A stretch of DNA of 28,910 nucleotides from Paramecium tetraurelia (taxonomy: Eukaryota), in NCBI GenBank assembly GCA_000165425.1, contig CT867988.1, positions 62,001 to 90,910 of the forward strand, in the 5' to 3' direction. This document shows, piece by piece, positions 23,758 through 28,910 of this stretch. Numbering within the stretch: position 1 is the stretch's first letter; every line of letters starts with the position of its first letter. The notes under the pieces are model-generated. The model worked only from the letters and a program-made list of their open reading frames with translations. It was not told the DNA's origin and ran no database searches. The translations under genes and the position numbers were made by a program.

Positions 23758-26057
23758 ATGAAGAATTGTTATATAAGAGCAAAGCAAAATCCAAAAATAG
23801 AGAGATAAATCAACCATCAGCATGCGCCTCCAGACTCTTTTTAAGGATCATTTAGTGGTTGAATAATCTGTATATTATTAGATTCGAGTATTTGTAACGT
23901 TGATGACACCTGTAGAGAACAATAAGCAATTGAAACTAAGTAAGTGACTTTGTAGAATTTCTAAGCAAATAATGTTGAAATTGTTTTACCTAAAAAGAAA
24001 GAGAAGATATTTAGTTCAAAATTGAAAACATGCTTTGTCGATTAATAATATGTAGACAACTTTGCAGTAAGTAAAATGACACCTGGAATTTCGGAACATA
24101 AAATAAAAAACCCATTTCAAAGTACTTAATAACCAGTCAGAAAGTTGAGTGATATACAAAGTGTCACTGACAAAGAATCATAATCCAGATAAAGTAGTTA
24201 AAGGGATTTAAATTCTTAAAAAGAATCGAAACAAAATATAAATGTCATCAAATAAATATCTGTTGCTAATAAAATTGATAGATCTAAAGTCGCTGCAAGC
24301 TATAGTTAATTGGCCTCAAAATTATACTGTGCTGACTAATCTCCTTAAATCATACACAACCCATAAAAACTATAAGAGAAAGCTTCGATAGTTCATCAAT
24401 CTTTAAACAAACTTCACACTGTCCAAAATCATCTACTATCCTCTCCTATTGATTATAATGCATCACCCAAGTCTTCTAATTAAAAATATATATTGTCTGA
24501 ATAAAGTGAGTGCTTCTAAGATTTACTAAAGGATAAAAAGCAGCCGTAGCAAACAACTTAGTTAACTTAAACCTAATAGGACTAATCTCATAGATAAATT
24601 GAAAAAATTTTATCAGAAAATGAGATTCTATTTAAGCAACTGAATAATGGCAAAATAATAAATATTTACTGAAGGAATAAAAAGCGAAGCTAACATCATC
24701 AGATAACCAATAATTGCGTTTAAGAAACACAACACAATCATTAATTTCAAGCATATCATTCAGAGCATGCTTAATAATGATGTATCTAAGTTCTAATCTT
24801 TAATGAAAGGTATTTACAATCATATAAATTAGATAGTAAATTTTAGTATCTAAATCAATATGACATCTTAGGCAATACAATTTTAATAACTACAGTAAAA
24901 TTGTATGGGTTCCACAAGAAATATGATGAATTATTGAAGGAATTATTAAAAATGAATCCAGACCCTTTTATTAAAAATAAACTAACAGGATGGTCAGCAA
25001 TGGATGAATCTCTTTCTTAAAGATCAATATATGCAACAGCCCTATTATTCTAGCAATGCTACAGAAATAAAAGAAATGAGTTTTTAAACTAATTTCATGA
25101 ATTATCAACTGTATTACAATAGGTTCCCAATTTTCAATTAGATATGAATTGGAATTTTGACAGTCCTTTACCTTTTATCAAATTATTAGCTCCTAATGAT
25201 ACCATTAAATTATACAAATATAAATAATAATTAAGATTAGATAGTACACTTGTAGGTTTCTCTAAATTACAATGCAAACGGAGAAACATGTCTCTGTTGT
25301 TTAGACAAAATAAATTATTTTAAATTAATAGATCCAATCAATTTTACACAGATCCATTAGAAGAATTAGATACAGAAGAGAAAAAATTAATTATTTATGA
25401 TATTTTACACAGTGAACCAGTGAGTGGAGCATTGGATATAACAAGTTGCACAATTAAACAATGTGTAGATTGGAGGGGCAGAAAGATAATTGAATAAGTA
25501 GGATAATATTCTTGTGAAAAGTACTCATTTTTATTAGATAGAGATTTGATTTAAAGATTACATATAAAAGTTCATATTTGAAGAAAAGTAATGATACTCA
25601 AATCAAATTCGCAGTTGAGAGAGAGCTTTACGAAGAATGGATATTAAATGACGTCTTGCCTAATACAGATCTACTATAAAATTAGAAACCTAAAGAATAG
25701 AATGAAACTAGGACAATATCCCTATGGATTTGCAAGAATCACTCACTCCAATTTAAGGACTTTGCCAATATTGTGTCTCTATTGGCGAAAGGTAATCATT
25801 TAATGGAAAAGTTGAATGGGTTGTTTCAAAGGCCAGAGATGCAGGAGATTATTGAATTAAACGGATTTCCAATTAAAGTGCAGATTCCTTTCCAATTTTC
25901 AATCCATGCCACGATTTAATGCTGCAATTTTGTGTCTCTTGAAAATGCAGATGAGTTATTTACTATTCCGAATATTAAATATATGCCTAGAAAGGAAGCA
26001 TAAAAAATACTTCAGACTAAAAAAAAAAGATTATTGTTGGCGAATCTATATTTGTGA
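23758..26057 (+). CDS. ANKRD13-family protein (ankyrin plus GPCR-chaperone-type domain) with long low-complexity N-terminus
   Basis: Ankyrin-like DILGNTIL and GWSAMDESL, then VPNFQLDMNWNFDSPLPFIKLLAPNDTIKLYK...LRLDSTLVGF and GFPIKVQIP. A single-gene model needs a GC-AG intron at 24650-24674; otherwise these are two ORFs. Confidence 0.8.
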
Positions 26058-26148
26058 TTATAATTAAATTATAAAGTAGAACATTATCCATTTTGATTTA
26101 TGAGTTTCGAATTCTACATTATAATAATTCTAATTTAATATTTAACGT

Positions 26149-27217
26149 ATGCATAAAACCTATCAATTTGACTCAAATCAGAAACCAAAAATTAAAGACT
26201 TGTGTTAAGAAGATAAGAAGAAAATCGGAAAATTAATTAAAAGACTTGCACAGGAGAGGGAAGAAAAAGAAATACTGTTAAAAAAATTAGCATAGATGCA
26301 ATAATCTGAATAAAAATAATAAAGATTGCAGACTGAAATCGAAAAACTTGATGAAGAAATTTCGCAGTTACAAGATTAAGAGCAGTTATCATAATATTAA
26401 ACTCCTTAATTATAAACTCAAAGCAAATAAAAGTTATTGTATAAATTTGAAAATGATGATGAAAATATTCATCAAAGTCCGAACTTTAAAGTCCTTAACC
26501 AAATTCAAGAAGATCAAAGTTCCTCCTTTATCATACCTACCACGCAAAGAGATTCTCCAATTAAAATCGATTAATAAATCCAAACTTCTATTGTTCAATA
26601 ATCACTTTAGCAATAACCAATAGTATAATAAAAAAAGTCATCAAAAAAGAAGAAGGAAATATTAATGAAGAAGATATAAGAATTTGAAAAGATCGTAAAC
26701 AGATTGAATTTTTCAAATGAATAGGTATTATATTTTATTAATTTAGAGCATCGAATTAACTACCAATAGAAAATCTGAGGAATAGAATTCTTAATTGAAC
26801 AATACTAGTTATATTCAAAATGTATTTTAGAAGTTATTAAACATTGATTAATAATCACTTCCAACTTAATAAACTGTTAGATCAGAATAGTAGAGTGAAA
26901 TACAATAGATATAATTTTAGTAATAACCAAAATAATATAATGAGGATGACCTCATCATTTAATTATTGAATTCAGATGCTTCATCCTATAAACCCTAAAA
27001 TTAAAATGCTTTCAGTTCTGCCTCCAACGTTTCAATTTAATAAAAAAAGTAATAACATAATAGGACCAATTCAACGATTATACAAAATGAGAATAAATAG
27101 AACAAATAAAAAATAGTATTTGATCAAATTCCTTCCCCTATTGTATAAGATGCATATTGCAGGAATGTCGTAGAAAAATATAACTCATTATTGCAAGAAT
27201 TAAACAGACAGTAATGA
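26149..27217 (+). CDS. KIAA1328/hinderin-like N-terminal motif, coiled-coil and Q-rich protein
   Basis: KPKIKDLCQEDKKKIGKLIKRLAQEREEKE resembles the KIAA1328 motif (LKDLC.[21 protein letters not shown]). Intron at about 26725-26746. The 3' end assumes a 34-nt intron near 27117-27150 and is uncertain. Confidence 0.6.
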
Positions 27218-27429
27218 ATTCACTTGAAAATCATCGATAATTCACAAAATCTATATTTTAATATATTCATCCTAAATATTTCTAATTTTTTATTGATCTT
27301 CTTTAGATTTATAGTTTTATATAAAACAAACTAGAAATCTTTCTGATTTTAGTAAACGTAATCAACACAAAATGACAAATGTAAATTAACCTCTTATTAA
27401 TCATTTTAGCTATTAAATAGAATTCCAAC

Positions 27430-27541
27430 ACTTTTGATGAACTACTTCTGATTCTTGATTTAATATGGTTACTTATAGCGTTCAAATAATTATGAATATG
27501 GAGGAGGTATATGCGTGATGATGGCTGTGGGCTTCTGATAT
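27430..27541 (+). ncRNA. Candidate box C/D snoRNA
   Basis: G-rich island in an AT-rich spacer with TGATGA (27435-27440), CTGA (27448-27451), GTGATGA (27515-27521) and CTGA (27535-27538) in C-D'-C'-D order. TGGCTGTGG just before the last box is antisense to the conserved LSU rRNA sequence CCACAGCCA. Confidence 0.55.
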
Positions 27542-27581
27542 TTATTATATAAAATTTAAATATTTAGATATTAATTTTTTA

Positions 27582-28188
27582 ATGGTTAATCTCCGTCTAT
27601 AGAAAAGATTGGCATCAACACAATTGAAGGTTGGAGTGAACAGAGTTTGGTTAGATCCAAATGAAGCTAGTGAAATCAGTCTTGCAAATTCAAGAATGTC
27701 AATCAGAAAATTGATTAAGGATGGACTCATCATGAGAAGATTGAGAACAATTCATTCAAGAGCAAGAGCAAGAAGATTCCTTGAGGCTAAGAGAAGAGGT
27801 GAGTGATTGATATTGATTACATTTTATTAGGCAGACATACAGGTACTGGTAAGAGAAGAGGTACAAGAGAAGCTAGAATGCCAACTAAGGTACTTTGGAT
27901 TCGTAGATAAAGAGTTTTGAGAAGATTGTTGAGAAAATATAGAGCTGCTAAAAAAATTGATAGATAATAGTAATATAATGGTGTATGACATTGCATAGAT
28001 ATCACGAATTCTATTTGGCTTCAAAGGGTAATCAGTACAAAAACAAGAAAGTACTAATTGAGGCTATCCACGAAACCAAATAGGAGAAGGTCAGAGTTGA
28101 TAAGATTGAGAAAGAGTAAAACGATAGAAGAGAGAAGAATAAGGCTCAGAGAGTAAAGAAGACTCATAACAAGTTTGCAGCTGAATGA
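27582..28188 (+). CDS. RPL19: 60S ribosomal protein L19 (eL19)
   Basis: MVNLRLQKRLAS...VWLDPNE...[14 protein letters not shown]...[18 protein letters not shown]; two introns; TGA 28186-28188. Confidence 0.97.
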
Positions 28189-28293
28189 TATGAAAACAAA
28201 TAAACAGTACAATAATAAACATATACATTATTCTTATTTAAGTTTGATTTCTATTTTTTTATATTAAAAAAGATTTAAAATTTTTTAGGTGAA

Positions 28294-28854
28294 ATGGTAT
28301 GTTAAGCAATTTAATTTAGGCTGATAACAAAGTATAACCTGCTGCATAATAAGCTAAAGGAAAGAAAGGAAAGAAGAATTAAGGAGAAGATCAACCTTAA
28401 TAAGCAGTAGCCACATTGGGACCAAATGTAGCTGGAAATGAATTAGTTTTCGGAGTTGCTCATATTCTCTCAACTTGGAATGATACCTTCATTCACATTA
28501 CAGATTTGACAGGCAGAGAAACACTTGCAAGAGTCACAGGAGGAATGAAAGTCAAATCAGACAGAGAGGAATCATCACCATATGCAGCAATGCAAGCAGC
28601 TAAGGATGTTTATGAGAAGTTGAAGACACTCAAAATTAATGCTTTACATATTAAACTGAGAGCTAGAGGAGGTATATCTATATAAATATCAATAACCCTC
28701 AGGTGTTGATACCAGATAACCAGGACCAGGAGCTTAGGCTGCTCTCAGAGCTCTTGCTCGTTTGGGATTGAAGATTGGAAGAATTGAAGATGTCACTCCA
28801 ATTCCAACAGATTCAACTAGAAGACCAGGAGGTAGAAGAGGAAGAAGATTATGA
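28294..28854 (+). CDS. RPS14: 40S ribosomal protein S14 (uS11)
   Basis: ATG directly followed by intron 28297-28319, then FGVAHI...[15 protein letters not shown]...[18 protein letters not shown]...[13 protein letters not shown]...[12 protein letters not shown]. Confidence 0.97.
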
Positions 28855-28910
28855 AAAGTAAAATTACATTACATTATTCAAATACAATAACAATCACTTT
28901 TTTTAAAGCA

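Overview
Very AT-rich, gene-dense eukaryotic DNA from a ciliate, almost certainly Paramecium (aurelia group) macronuclear sequence. Reading frames stay open only if TAA/TAG are read as Gln and TGA is the sole stop (translation table 6). Genes are split by tiny 20-34 nt GT...AG introns, so the supplied standard-code ORF track shows only fragments. Manual translation gives about 17 protein genes: CLEC16A/FPL-domain (partial), BRCT-PolX, a bZIP with a C-terminal hydrophobic segment, a secreted acidic protein, LRRC9, a coiled-coil protein, a PSTAIRE CDK, RPLP1, an MSP/VAP-like protein, mitochondrial HSP60, ASCC2-like, a Rab2-like GTPase, TTLL6-like, ANKRD13-like, KIAA1328/hinderin-like, RPL19 and RPS14. 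There is also one multi-pass membrane-protein pseudogene and a candidate box C/D snoRNA. The most notable oddities are a possibly membrane-tethered bZIP, a required GC-AG intron, a Rab with a broken splice acceptor and an altered NKxD motif, a CUE-less ASCC2, and 25-41 bp intergenic or bidirectional promoter spaces. No prokaryote-type system, transposon, telomere or retained IES could be supported. Family assignments come from recalled motifs, not database searches.
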